Shown in pieces: positions 50,522-59,912 of a DNA stretch of 64,000 bases. The notes below the pieces were generated by a model. The model searched no databases. It was not told the origin of the DNA and was given only the letters and a program-made list of their open reading frames with translations. The position numbers were made by a program, and so were the translations under genes. Numbering within the stretch: the stretch's first letter is position 1; each line of letters opens with the position of its first letter. Source of the DNA: an uncultured Actinomycetes bacterium (lineage in GTDB: Bacteria > Actinomycetota > UBA4738 > HRBIN12); NCBI GenBank assembly GCA_963704885.1, contig CAVPIB010000001.1, positions 32,001 to 96,000 on the forward strand, written 5' to 3'.

Positions 50522-52972
50522 TCAGATAGATGGGGGTTTGAAGCCCGATTTGTTCACGACGAAGTCCCTGGACTCGGCGGCCATCCGTTTCACCGCCGGC
50601 CAGTCGACGTAGAGCAGCTCGCCATGACGTTTCATCACCCGACCTGCGATCAGGACCGTGTCGACGTTCCCCGTGTCCATCCCGGTCACGACCGCGGTCA
50701 CCGGGTCGTTCAGCGGGGTGACGTTGATCCGATCGGTCCGCAGCATGATGAGATCCGCCTGCTTGCCGGGTGTGAGGGTCCCTACCTTCGAGTCGAGCCC
50801 GTTCGCCTTGGCTCCCTCGATCGTGGCGCAGGCCAGGACCTCTCTCGTGGGGAGCATGGGCTTGCCCGACGAGGTCGCCGACGCCCGCTGCAGGGCCAGC
50901 ACCGAGCGCATCTGGTTGAACATGTCGCCCGGCACGTTCGTCTCAACGTCGACGCTCAGGCTCGGGCGAAGACCTCGATCCAGGAACTTCTGGATCGGGG
51001 GCATCCCGTGGCCCATCATCATCTCCACCGGCGAGGCGAGCGAAACGGTCCCCCCGGTGTCGACGATCATCTGGATCTCGGTGTCGTTCAGCGTGGTGCA
51101 GTGGATGTATGTCGTGTCTGGGCCCAGGAGCCCGGCCTCCCCCATCTCTTGGACCTTCGCATCCTGTCCGTAGCTGCCCACACCCACATGGGTCGTGATC
51201 CGCGCTCCGGCCTCGCGCGCCAGCTTCCAGTGATCTCGCGACACCTCGAAGTCCGTGAATTCTGGACCGGGAGCGGCCAGAGCGAGCGTGAGCATCTGAT
51301 CGTTCGAAGAGAAGTGCTCTGTCGCCGCCCGAACGAACCAGCTGGGCTGACGCTCCTCCCACTTGCCCCACCACGGGAACCCGTAGGCGAACACCGCCCT
51401 CAGGCCCGAGTCCTTCAGCGCTTGGACAACCGCGTCCGTATGGGCCGGTGAGGCCTGGATATGCGACCAATCCAGGAGCGTGGTGATCCCTGCGTCGATG
51501 GCGCCCAGCGCCGAGAGCAGATCGCCGATGTACGCATCCTCCGGCCGGAACGCGGGCGCCAACTTGTGCAACACGAACGAGATGTAGCTCGACCTTCCCT
51601 CCAACGGAACATCGGTTCCGATGTTGCGCAGGAGGCCCTCCCAGATATGGCGATGGCTGTCGACGAAGCCCGGCATGACGATCATGTCCGATGCGTCGAT
51701 CACCTCGGCGTCCGCAGCTGCCAGACCGGGGCCGACCTCGACGATCTGGTCCTCGTCGATGAGGACGTCTGCGGTCGTGAAGTCACCCACGTTCGGGTCC
51801 AGGCTGAGCACGGTGCCGCCCCGTATGAGTGTCCTTCCCGTCGGCACGACCTTGAAGTCGGGTCCCGAGGGGTACAGATCGGGGATCTCGGCCAACCTCG
51901 GGGGTCGGCTCCCGATCATCAGGCGCCGGGCTCGCTTGTAGTTGCGCTTGACGAGCTCTTTGATGTCGCCCGCCTGGAAGAGCACGATCCCCAGCAGCAC
52001 CAGCACGCCGGTGATCATCTGGCCGTGCTCGGTACTCAGTTCGAGGAACGGAAGCGCGCTCAGGATGAGCGCCAGGAGCACAGACGCCACCGTTGCACCC
52101 AGGAACGTCGCCCTTCCGCCCGAGAGCGCAGCCCCACCGAGCACCGCCGCCGTGATGCTGGCGAGGGCGTAGCTGTCACCGATCTGTGCGTTACCGATCC
52201 CGGATCGGGTCATGACCAAGAAGGAAGCGATCGTCGCGAACAGGGCCGAGAGCACCAAAGCCCTTGCTCGCACCCACGTCGTGCGGACTCCGCTTCGCTT
52301 CGCCGACCGCTCGTCGAACCCGACCGAGCGCAGCTGGAGCCCCGAGCCGCTGGCGTGGAGCCAATAGTCGAGCAGGGCGGCCCCGACCAAGACCACGACG
52401 AAGACGATGGGGACCGCTCCGAACCCATTCGCCAGCCAGCCGGTGAAGTCGCGATCGATGACGCCACCCGGAGTGTCCCGCAAGGTCAGCGATATCCCGC
52501 TGAGGATGCTGAGCGTGGCCAACGTGGCGATGATCGACGGGATCTTGAGCCAGAGAACCAGACCGGCATTGACCAGCCCCAGAGCCAGTCCGCACGCGAA
52601 GATGGCGCCGACCCCGAGCAGGATCTCGCTGGTGGTGGAGTCGGGACCGATCAGGTACGAAGCGATCACGACGCCGAGGGTCACCATCGCCCCCACGGAT
52701 AGGTCGAGGTAGCCGACCAGTAGCGCATGGGTCTGGCCCATCGCCGCGACAGCCAGCGGCGCGGCGAGCAGGAGGATGTAGGTCACGTTCGACCGGTTGA
52801 TGAACCCCGGGAACCGCGAGCTGGTGTACCAGGCGACGAGGACGATCAGCAGGAGCTGAAGCACCACAGGCATCCACAGGCGGAACCGGACGATCTTGCG
52901 CCACTTGTTCTTGTCGCGGGCATCGCGGATGACCTTGCGTACCGCCAGCCGCGCGGAGTCGATCCGTGTCAC
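50522..52972 (-). CDS. RbsC-type ABC permease fused to an amidohydrolase (paralog 2)
   Basis: LDLSVG, IPSIIATL and AAVLGGAALSGG, then in frame PGFVDSHRH, TTHVG, YIHC and LSVDV; GTG overlaps the ATPase stop. Confidence 0.85.
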   Translation of the reverse strand: MTRIDSARLAVRKVIRDARDKNKWRKIVRFRLWMPVVLQLLLIVLVAWYTSSRFPGFINRSNVTYILLLAAPLAVAAMGQTHALLVGYLDLSVGAMVTLGVVIASYLIGPDSTTSEILLGVGAIFACGLALGLVNAGLVLWLKIPSIIATLATLSILSGISLTLRDTPGGVIDRDFTGWLANGFGAVPIVFVVVLVGAALLDYWLHASGSGLQLRSVGFDERSAKRSGVRTTWVRARALVLSALFATIASFLVMTRSGIGNAQIGDSYALASITAAVLGGAALSGGRATFLGATVASVLLALILSALPFLELSTEHGQMITGVLVLLGIVLFQAGDIKELVKRNYKRARRLMIGSRPPRLAEIPDLYPSGPDFKVVPTGRTLIRGGTVLSLDPNVGDFTTADVLIDEDQIVEVGPGLAAADAEVIDASDMIVMPGFVDSHRHIWEGLLRNIGTDVPLEGRSSYISFVLHKLAPAFRPEDAYIGDLLSALGAIDAGITTLLDWSHIQASPAHTDAVVQALKDSGLRAVFAYGFPWWGKWEERQPSWFVRAATEHFSSNDQMLTLALAAPGPEFTDFEVSRDHWKLAREAGARITTHVGVGSYGQDAKVQEMGEAGLLGPDTTYIHCTTLNDTEIQMIVDTGGTVSLASPVEMMMGHGMPPIQKFLDRGLRPSLSVDVETNVPGDMFNQMRSVLALQRASATSSGKPMLPTREVLACATIEGAKANGLDSKVGTLTPGKQADLIMLRTDRINVTPLNDPVTAVVTGMDTGNVDTVLIAGRVMKRHGELLYVDWPAVKRMAAESRDFVVNKSGFKPPSI

Positions 52973-54534
52973 GTCATGCTCTGCGGGGAGGGGCCCCGGG
53001 GCATGGCGACGCCCAGCGGTGAACGCCCCGCTTTGGACAGGCCGGGCCCACGGACTATGGCCTCGACTATGCGTAGCTCGTCGAGCTCGTCGCCGGGGAT
53101 CTCCTCGATGATCTGGCCGCGGGACATCACGAGGACCCGGTCGCACAGACCGGCGAGCTCCAGGGGATCGCTCGACTTGACGAGCATGGCCGTACCGGCG
53201 TCGGTCCGGGAACGCAGCGCCGTATAGATGTCGAAGCGGGAGCCGACGTCGACGCCCTGCGTGGGCTCGTAGGCCAGGATCACGGTCGGCTCCTTCAGGA
53301 ACGATCGCGAGACCGCGACCTTCTGTTGGTTACCCCCCGACAGGAACTCGACCGGCTGCTCGAGCGATGGGGTGCGGATCTCGAGCCGCTCAACCAATTG
53401 CCCTACGGTCTTGCGTTCCAGTCGCCGGCGCAGGAAGCCGAGCACGCTGAACCGGCGCAGCGTTTGGACGGTCGCGTTGACCCGGACCCCGAGTACGGGC
53501 ATCAGGGCCTCGTGCTTGCGGTCACCCGGCAGCAGCATGATCCCGGACCGCACCGCCTCGTGGGTCGAGATCAGGTTCAGCTCCTTCCCGGCGCAGACCA
53601 CGCGGCCTGCTCTGGGCGGCTGCCTGCCCGCCAGGCAGTCGAAGAGCTGAGGCTGGCCGTTCCCCTCGGCGCCGGCGATGCCGACGATCTCCCCACCCTC
53701 CAGCGTGAAGCTGACGGGACCGAAGGACTGGCCTTGCAGACCGTCGACGACCAGCACCTCGCCCGCCTCGCCGCCCTCATGTGCCGGTGGTGGGAACGCA
53801 GTCTCGAGCGGGCGTCCGACGATCAGCTCGACCAACGCGGACTCGGAGGTATCGCCGGCATCGAAGGTGCCCTGGTTCCGACCATCGCGAAGGACCGTGA
53901 TCCGATCCGCGACCTCCAGGACCTCGGGCAGGCGATGACTCACATAGACGACTCCTACGCCGCGGCTCCGACAGGCGGCGACGGTCCTGTGAAGCGCCTC
54001 CACCTCGGTGGGTCCCAGAGCCGTGGTCGGCTCGTCCAGCAGGAGGACCTTCGGATCGGTGACGAGAGCCTTGGCCACCTCGAAGAGCTGGCGGTCGGCC
54101 AGGGTGAGGAACCCGGCCGGGGCGTCGGGGAAGAGCTCCAGGTCCAGATCGAACTCCGCCAGCACGCGGCGCGCCCACCGCTTCCTCCGCCAGAAGTGAG
54201 GTCGTTGGTCCGGCGGCGCCGCCAGGTAGAGGTTGTTCTTGACCGGCTGGGCCAAGATCAGCGACGTGTCCTGGTAGGCCATGGCCAACCCCAGCTTCCG
54301 GGCCTCCGCCGGGGAGTCCCGGCGCAGGGGGTGGCCCCCGATCTGGATCGTTCCCAGATCGGGGTCCACGATCCCGCTCGCGATCCCGAGGAGGGTCGAT
54401 TTGCCCGAGCCGTTCTCGCCCACGAGGGCGTGGATCTCCCCGGCGCGGCAGTCGAAGCTGACATCGGTCAGCGCTCGAACCGCACCGAACTGCCGGGAGA
54501 CCCCACGCAGCTCGAGGACCAGGTCCTCGGTCAC
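52969..54534 (-). CDS. Sugar-type (RbsA-like) dual ABC ATP-binding protein
   Basis: GENGSGKS, LDEPT, SHRL and LSGGNQQKV. Confidence 0.93.
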   Translation of the reverse strand: MTEDLVLELRGVSRQFGAVRALTDVSFDCRAGEIHALVGENGSGKSTLLGIASGIVDPDLGTIQIGGHPLRRDSPAEARKLGLAMAYQDTSLILAQPVKNNLYLAAPPDQRPHFWRRKRWARRVLAEFDLDLELFPDAPAGFLTLADRQLFEVAKALVTDPKVLLLDEPTTALGPTEVEALHRTVAACRSRGVGVVYVSHRLPEVLEVADRITVLRDGRNQGTFDAGDTSESALVELIVGRPLETAFPPPAHEGGEAGEVLVVDGLQGQSFGPVSFTLEGGEIVGIAGAEGNGQPQLFDCLAGRQPPRAGRVVCAGKELNLISTHEAVRSGIMLLPGDRKHEALMPVLGVRVNATVQTLRRFSVLGFLRRRLERKTVGQLVERLEIRTPSLEQPVEFLSGGNQQKVAVSRSFLKEPTVILAYEPTQGVDVGSRFDIYTALRSRTDAGTAMLVKSSDPLELAGLCDRVLVMSRGQIIEEIPGDELDELRIVEAIVRGPGLSKAGRSPLGVAMPRGPSPQSMT

Positions 54535-54559
54535 CGACCCTCCTCGGGGATCGGCATCG

Positions 54560-55849
54560 TTATCCGGTTGGGTACATCAGGGCGAGCACCGCGTCCGGAA
54601 CCAGGGAAGTCCCCGACACGGTCGGCGTCACCCGGTCCGGGTTGCAGTCCGACGCCGTGACCTCCCGCATGACGTGCGGGACCACGATCTCGGCGGGGAT
54701 CTCCGCACCCTGGAGGGACATCATCGAGGCCGTGACCGCGGTCCGTGACTGGAAGTTGCCCCCCGCCGAGTACCAGATGTGGAAGTTCGGGTTGTTCATC
54801 TTCTTCCACGTGCAGAACAGGGTCTGCTCATCGGTCCTCAGCGCGACCGTGAGATCCTTCACCGGGATCCCGAGGTCGTCGTACGCCTGCATGGCGGTGT
54901 TCAGCCCGTCCGCGTACTCGTACGCGTACCCGGCGATGTCGGGGTCTGTCGAGAGCCACCCGTTGACCGTCTGGAGCGCTACGTCGTTCGACCAGTACGT
55001 GTCCGCGGGACCGAGCTCCTTGATCCCGCTGCCCAGCGCCGGGCTGAAGCACTGCTCCCAACCGAGGGAGAGGGCGTTGCCCGGTGTGCCACCCATGACT
55101 CCCACCTTGCCGGAGCCGACCCCGTCGTTGATCACCTGGGCGAAGCTCTCACCCAGTGCGCAGAGGTCCTCCCCGACGACGGTGAGGTAGTCCTCACCGG
55201 GGACGAGCGCCCCTTCCTGGCCGGGAAGGCCAACCCAGCCCGCCGAATAAGTGGTGTACGGGATGCCGGCCGCCTGGGTCTCCAGGATGGCATCGGCGAT
55301 GTTCGTGCCCTGGTCGGGATAGCCGATGATGAAGGTGGCTCCGGCCTGGATCAGGAACCTGATGTCGCCGGCGGCGACCGCAGGGTCCGGGTTCCACTGA
55401 GCGTCACGGAAGAGCATCTTGCCGATCTCCGGGTAGGTGAGCGCCTGGAGGATGGCCTCCATGCGGGTCACCTGACGCCAGACGTTCAGCCCTCCGCCGT
55501 CGGCGTACCCCATGACGACGTCGCCATCGGTGCCGGTGTCGCACTTGGTCGCGGCCCAGCACTCCATCGCCTTGTCGATGGTGGCCTGATCGAGGTCCTG
55601 GCTGGCACGGGCGATCGATGCCAGGACGATGTCCGGCACGCCCGTGACGGTTCCCATGGCTTTCTCAACCAACGCCGGGTCGGCATCCGTGCTCTCACCG
55701 AACTCCGCCAACGGTCCTGCGCTCTCGGTGGCCGACGGTTCGCTGGTGGCGGCTCCGGTCGGGCTCGCCTCCCCGTCACCACCACTGCTGCATGCCGCTG
55801 CCACAACCGCGAGGCACACGACGATGCCGATGATCTTGATCCGTTGCAT
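54560..55849 (-). CDS. ABC substrate-binding lipoprotein (periplasmic binding protein type I-like)
   Basis: GGAGGAGG RBS; lipobox VAAAC; Ser/Thr/Ala linker; GGTPGN motif. Confidence 0.8.
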   Translation of the reverse strand: MQRIKIIGIVVCLAVVAAACSSGGDGEASPTGAATSEPSATESAGPLAEFGESTDADPALVEKAMGTVTGVPDIVLASIARASQDLDQATIDKAMECWAATKCDTGTDGDVVMGYADGGGLNVWRQVTRMEAILQALTYPEIGKMLFRDAQWNPDPAVAAGDIRFLIQAGATFIIGYPDQGTNIADAILETQAAGIPYTTYSAGWVGLPGQEGALVPGEDYLTVVGEDLCALGESFAQVINDGVGSGKVGVMGGTPGNALSLGWEQCFSPALGSGIKELGPADTYWSNDVALQTVNGWLSTDPDIAGYAYEYADGLNTAMQAYDDLGIPVKDLTVALRTDEQTLFCTWKKMNNPNFHIWYSAGGNFQSRTAVTASMMSLQGAEIPAEIVVPHVMREVTASDCNPDRVTPTVSGTSLVPDAVLALMYPTG

Positions 55850-55926
55850 GTTCCTCCTCCCGTTCTGATCGATGGCACTCGCCATCCTTGGTCGATGGGA
55901 CTGGCTGATACATGCCTCCTTTCTCA

Positions 55927-56973
55927 TCACGCTCGATCGCTGGGATCGACGGTCCGTGCCTCCACGACATCCAGTCGCTTCCGCTCTCGAAGTACCTGCT
56001 CCACGCCTCGGATGATCCGATCACCCGAGACCAACATGCCCCCGACGATGACCAGACCGAAGACCACGAATTGCAGCGCCGTGGGCAGGCCCATGACCCG
56101 CATCATCTGGGTGAGCCCGGCTAGGAAGAACGCCGCCGCCCAGGTGGACAAGGGGCTGGCCAACCCACCCGTGAGCGATGCGCCCCCGATCACCACGGCG
56201 GCGATCGGACCCAGCAGGTAGGGAGCCCCGATCGTGATGCTGATCGTCCGCAGGAACGACGCCAGCAGGATCCCCGCCACCGCGTAGAGGACCGCCGCCA
56301 CCACGTAGGCGGAAACCTGGTTCAAGTTGACCCGCAGACCGGAGATCCGCGACGCGGTTGGGTTGGCGCCCACGACCTGGAACTTCCGCCCAGGCGTGGT
56401 GAACCGGAAGATGACGATCAGCGCGAGCGTGAGGATCGCGCCGACCCAGAAGGTCCGCGTTACTCCCAGGAACCGCGTCGACGTCCATGCGGAGAGGCCC
56501 TCCGGTACCGGGGTCTGGATCGCGGAACTCGTGTAATAGCGGATGGCGATGCCGATCACGATCTGGCCCACGGCCAGCGTGACGATGAGAGCGTTGAGCC
56601 CCAGCCCACCGATGAGGATCCCGTTGACCAACCCGACCAATGCCGCCAGGACCAAGGCGACGCCGATCGCGGTCCATATGCGATCGTCGGACCCCTGCCC
56701 GACCCCCACGGTGACCACCGCGGCCAGCGTGAATGTTCCGGGAACGCTGAGGTCGATGCCGCCGGTCATGATCACCAGCATCTGGCCGAGCGCCGTGATG
56801 GCCAGGAACGTGCCGAAGGGCGCGATGGAGCTCAGCGCGGGCCCGCGCAGCGTGGCCGGTGCCCAGATCGTTGCGACGACGACGAGCAGCGCGATCGCGA
56901 TGTAGACGGGCAGGTAGCGGGAGGCCACCACGAACGACGTGAGCGCCGACGAAGGAGCCCGGGACGCGCTCAT
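55927..56973 (-). CDS. RbsC-type ABC permease
   Basis: GGIDLSV, GANPTASRISG and AAVVIGGASLTGG; ATG overlaps the upstream stop. Confidence 0.9.
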   Translation of the reverse strand: MSASRAPSSALTSFVVASRYLPVYIAIALLVVVATIWAPATLRGPALSSIAPFGTFLAITALGQMLVIMTGGIDLSVPGTFTLAAVVTVGVGQGSDDRIWTAIGVALVLAALVGLVNGILIGGLGLNALIVTLAVGQIVIGIAIRYYTSSAIQTPVPEGLSAWTSTRFLGVTRTFWVGAILTLALIVIFRFTTPGRKFQVVGANPTASRISGLRVNLNQVSAYVVAAVLYAVAGILLASFLRTISITIGAPYLLGPIAAVVIGGASLTGGLASPLSTWAAAFFLAGLTQMMRVMGLPTALQFVVFGLVIVGGMLVSGDRIIRGVEQVLRERKRLDVVEARTVDPSDRA

Positions 56974-58263
56974 CCCTGACCTCCCGACGCGGCGCCGACG
57001 ACCAGTCCGGAGGAGACGGCCACCCGCTGCCGCGCCGCGGTCGCCAGGCTTCGTGCGCGCTGCACATCTGCTTCCAGGACGCCGTCGCGCATCACGACGC
57101 GTCCGCCGACGAACACCCGATCGACGTTCGAGGTGTCCATACCCCACACCACAGCGCCGATCGGGTCGTTGACCGGGAAGATGTTGGGGCGGTCGGTCCG
57201 AAGCATGACGACGTCCGCCTGCATACCCGGCTCCAGGGATCCGGTCACCCGGCCCAGTCCGGCCACCCGCGCTCCGTCCACCGTCGCGAAGCGGATCGCG
57301 TCGCGCGTGCTCATCAGCCGAGGGAGGCCGGCCTTCCCGGCAAGCTTGAGATCGAAGACGACGGCATGCTGCAGCGAGATCGTCTCCCGCATCTGGGCGA
57401 ACATGTCGCCCGGAGCCGCTCGTTCGTCGTCGATCCCCAGACCCGGACGGATGTCGCGGTCGATCAGCTGCTGGATCGGAGGCCGTCCGAGACCTGCGGC
57501 CATCTGACTCGAAGGCGAGAGGGACACCGCTGACTCCAGATGCGGCGATGGCATCGACATCCGCGTCGTCGAGGCCCGACGGGTGCACGAGCGTGACGTC
57601 TTCACCCAGGAGCGCTTTGTGGGCGAGATCGGAGACCACACCCCGCCCGGAGCTCCCCGGATCGGCGTGGACGTGGATGCGCAGGCCCTGCTCCCGGGCG
57701 ATCGCCCACTGGCCGGCGACCCTGTCGAGATCCATCGACCCAGGCAGGACGGACCCGAACGCGATGCTGGTCGACGGTCCGGCCGCCTCGGCGAGGCCCC
57801 GGTCGTGAGCGTCTTGGACGAACACGGTGCGCAGCGCGGCATCGGCGTGGGCTTGGAGCGCGGCTTCAGCGAAGCCCTCCTCGGATCGGACGAGTGACCA
57901 GTCGACGACGGTCGTTATCCCCGCCTCGGCCGCTCCCAGCAAGCCGATCAGCGTGGCGGCATAGACGTCCTCGGGCTGATAGTGATCGCCGAGCGCCGAT
58001 GCGGGCATCGACGCCTCCCCCCTCCAGGCCGGCTCACCGAGGTTTCGGAACAACGACGTCCAGGCATGACGGTGAGTGTCGACGAACCCGGGCATGACGA
58101 TGGTGTCGGTCGCGTCCACCTGCTCGGCGTCGCGGTCCCGGAGCCCGGGGCCGACCTCGGCCACCACGTCTCCGTCGATCAGGACGTCGGCCTTGGTGAA
58201 GTTGGGAGTCTTCGCCCCCAGGGTGAGGACGCACCCACCGCTCAGCAGGATCTTCGACGTCAC
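56970..58263 (-). CDS. Amidohydrolase family, paralog 1; frameshift near 57535; start approximate
   Basis: PGFVDTHRH, IHVH and LVH, then ORF 56970..57842 with GIDD and LEPGMQAD. Confidence 0.87.
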
Positions 58264-58341
58264 GATCGGCCCCAAGCGCCATCGCGCCGGCGACGCGACC
58301 CGCCCCGATCACTGCCACTGTTGAACGAGTGCCCCCTCACC

Positions 58342-58452
58342 GTTCAGGGACACTACATACCTTGCCGCGGTTTTGCCAGATAAGGAGGAAGCGCCTAGGG
58401 TGCGATTCAGCCATGCTGCACACACGAACCACGACTAGCAGTCTCACTGATG
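58342..58452. promoter_or_regulatory. Three CAG-N5-CTR boxes in the divergent promoter region; putative XRE-cupin operators
   Basis: GTTCAGGGACACTACAT (58342), ATTCAGCCATGCTGCAC (58405) and TAGCAGTCTCACTGATG (58436). Confidence 0.45.
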
Positions 58453-58512
58453 CCCGCGCAAGGAGAGTGTCAAGCGTCTATCCTGCCTGCGTCGAGCGGA
58501 ACTGAGGGCGGG

Positions 58513-59151
58513 ATGGCCGGCGAGCTTGAGGACATCGGGACCAGGTTGCGCGAGGAGCGCGATCGCGTGGGCATCAGCCAGCGAGAGCTGGCCCGCCGTA
58601 TCGGGTTGTCGGCCAGCATGATCTCGCAGCTGGAGTCGGGGCAATCGAAACCGTCCGTCAGCACGCTGTACGCGATCGTCACCGAGCTCGGGGTCTCCCT
58701 GGACGACGTCTTCCGCGGAACCGAAGGCCACGCGTCGGTCGAGCGGACGAGCGTCGGCGGACCGTCCGAAGAGGCGGAGCACGATCCGGTGGTCCGTCCC
58801 GAGGAGCGCCACGTGATCGACCTGGCATCGGGCGTGCGATGGGAACGCCTCACCAGCCACCAGCATGAGGACGTCGACTTCCTCCACGTGATCTACGACG
58901 TCGGGGGTTCCTCCGCGGGAGACACCGTGATGATGCGCCACCCCGGGCGGGAGTACGGATACGTGCTCTCGGGCTACCTTGGCGTCCAGCTCGGATTCGA
59001 GGAGCACAAACTGGGGCCGGGCGACTCGATCGCGTTCGACTCGACCCAGCCGCACCGCCTCTGGAACCTGGGCGAGGAACCGGTGCACGGGATCTGGCTC
59101 GTCGTGGGACGTGACGGCCACGACGGACATGGCCCGCACGGCGAGCGGTAA
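58513..59151 (+). CDS. XRE-HTH plus cupin transcriptional regulator (PuuR/SutR-like)
   Basis: SQRELARRIGLSASMISQLESG, HPGREYGYVLSG and PHRLWN. Confidence 0.92.
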   Translation: MAGELEDIGTRLREERDRVGISQRELARRIGLSASMISQLESGQSKPSVSTLYAIVTELGVSLDDVFRGTEGHASVERTSVGGPSEEAEHDPVVRPEERHVIDLASGVRWERLTSHQHEDVDFLHVIYDVGGSSAGDTVMMRHPGREYGYVLSGYLGVQLGFEEHKLGPGDSIAFDSTQPHRLWNLGEEPVHGIWLVVGRDGHDGHGPHGER

Positions 59152-59172
59152 GCCGTTCAGGAAGGAGGGTGG

Positions 59173-59844
59173 ATGGGTGCCTACGAGAACGAGATCGATC
59201 TTCTCGAGCGCGAGCTCCAGGGTGTGCTCGAAGTCTTCGAAGGTGTCTCGGGCGATGACTGGGGCAAGCACACCATGCTCGAGCCGCTGGACCCGAGCGC
59301 ACCCCACTGGACGGTGTTCGAGCTGGCCGGACACTTCGACATCTCGATCGGGCTCACGTCGATGCTGATCGACCAGCCCAGCGACGGACAGGTCGGCCGC
59401 GACCGCGTGAGCTTCTTCATCTTCCCCCGCTCGGAGGTTGCACCCGTGGTCTACGACTACGCCTACACCATGGTCGAGGGGAAAGCACCGGCGGACATGC
59501 CGGGCGTGCTCCGGGAGACGTTCGCCAAGGCGGTCGAGGGATCGCGCGCGAACCCACCTACGTTCGTCGGCTCGGGGTACTACGCGCTGATGGAGCTCGG
59601 CGAGTTCGCGCCCAGCCGGATCGTCGAGGCGGTCGTGCACGGGTTCGACCTTACCGACGCGCTCGGGCGCGAGACGATCGCGACCCCGGAAGGCGTCGCG
59701 TTCACCGCCGGGGTCATGGACGAGCTGCTACGGCGCCGGACCGTGGGAGAGCGGCCTTCTGACCTGTCGGACGATCTGGCCTGGGTGCGAGCGGCGTCGG
59801 GTCGCGCGCCGCACGACGATCCGCGGCTTCCGCTGATCGGCTGA
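59173..59844 (+). CDS. MDMPI/DinB-superfamily (maleylpyruvate isomerase N-terminal-like) protein
   Basis: WTVFELAGH and RIVEAVVHGFDL; AAGGAGG RBS. Confidence 0.85.
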   Translation: MGAYENEIDLLERELQGVLEVFEGVSGDDWGKHTMLEPLDPSAPHWTVFELAGHFDISIGLTSMLIDQPSDGQVGRDRVSFFIFPRSEVAPVVYDYAYTMVEGKAPADMPGVLRETFAKAVEGSRANPPTFVGSGYYALMELGEFAPSRIVEAVVHGFDLTDALGRETIATPEGVAFTAGVMDELLRRRTVGERPSDLSDDLAWVRAASGRAPHDDPRLPLIG

Positions 59845-59845
59845 G

Positions 59846-59901
59846 GCCGCTCACCAGAGGCATCTCCTCGGCAAGCGCCTGAGCGACCAGGATGCGGTCG
59901 A
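59846..59901 (-). pseudogene. vapC: 56-bp remnant of a vapC 3' region
   Basis: Translates DRILVAQALAEEMPLVSG versus DRILIAQALAEDMPLVSG in the intact vapC; 46/56 nt identical to 61535-61590. Confidence 0.85.
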
Positions 59902-59912
59902 CGACCCAGTGG

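Noticed and set aside
55860-55926. AAAGGAGG plus ATG as a leader peptide before the binding-protein gene
   Set aside because: The SD is only 1 nt from the ATG and the ORF runs out of frame into the next gene; no support.
55927-58275. 782-aa amidohydrolase-permease fusion
   Set aside because: A frameshift near 57535 gives garbled intervening sequence; the real C-terminus is in ORF 56970..57842. This differs from the clean fusion at 50522-52972.
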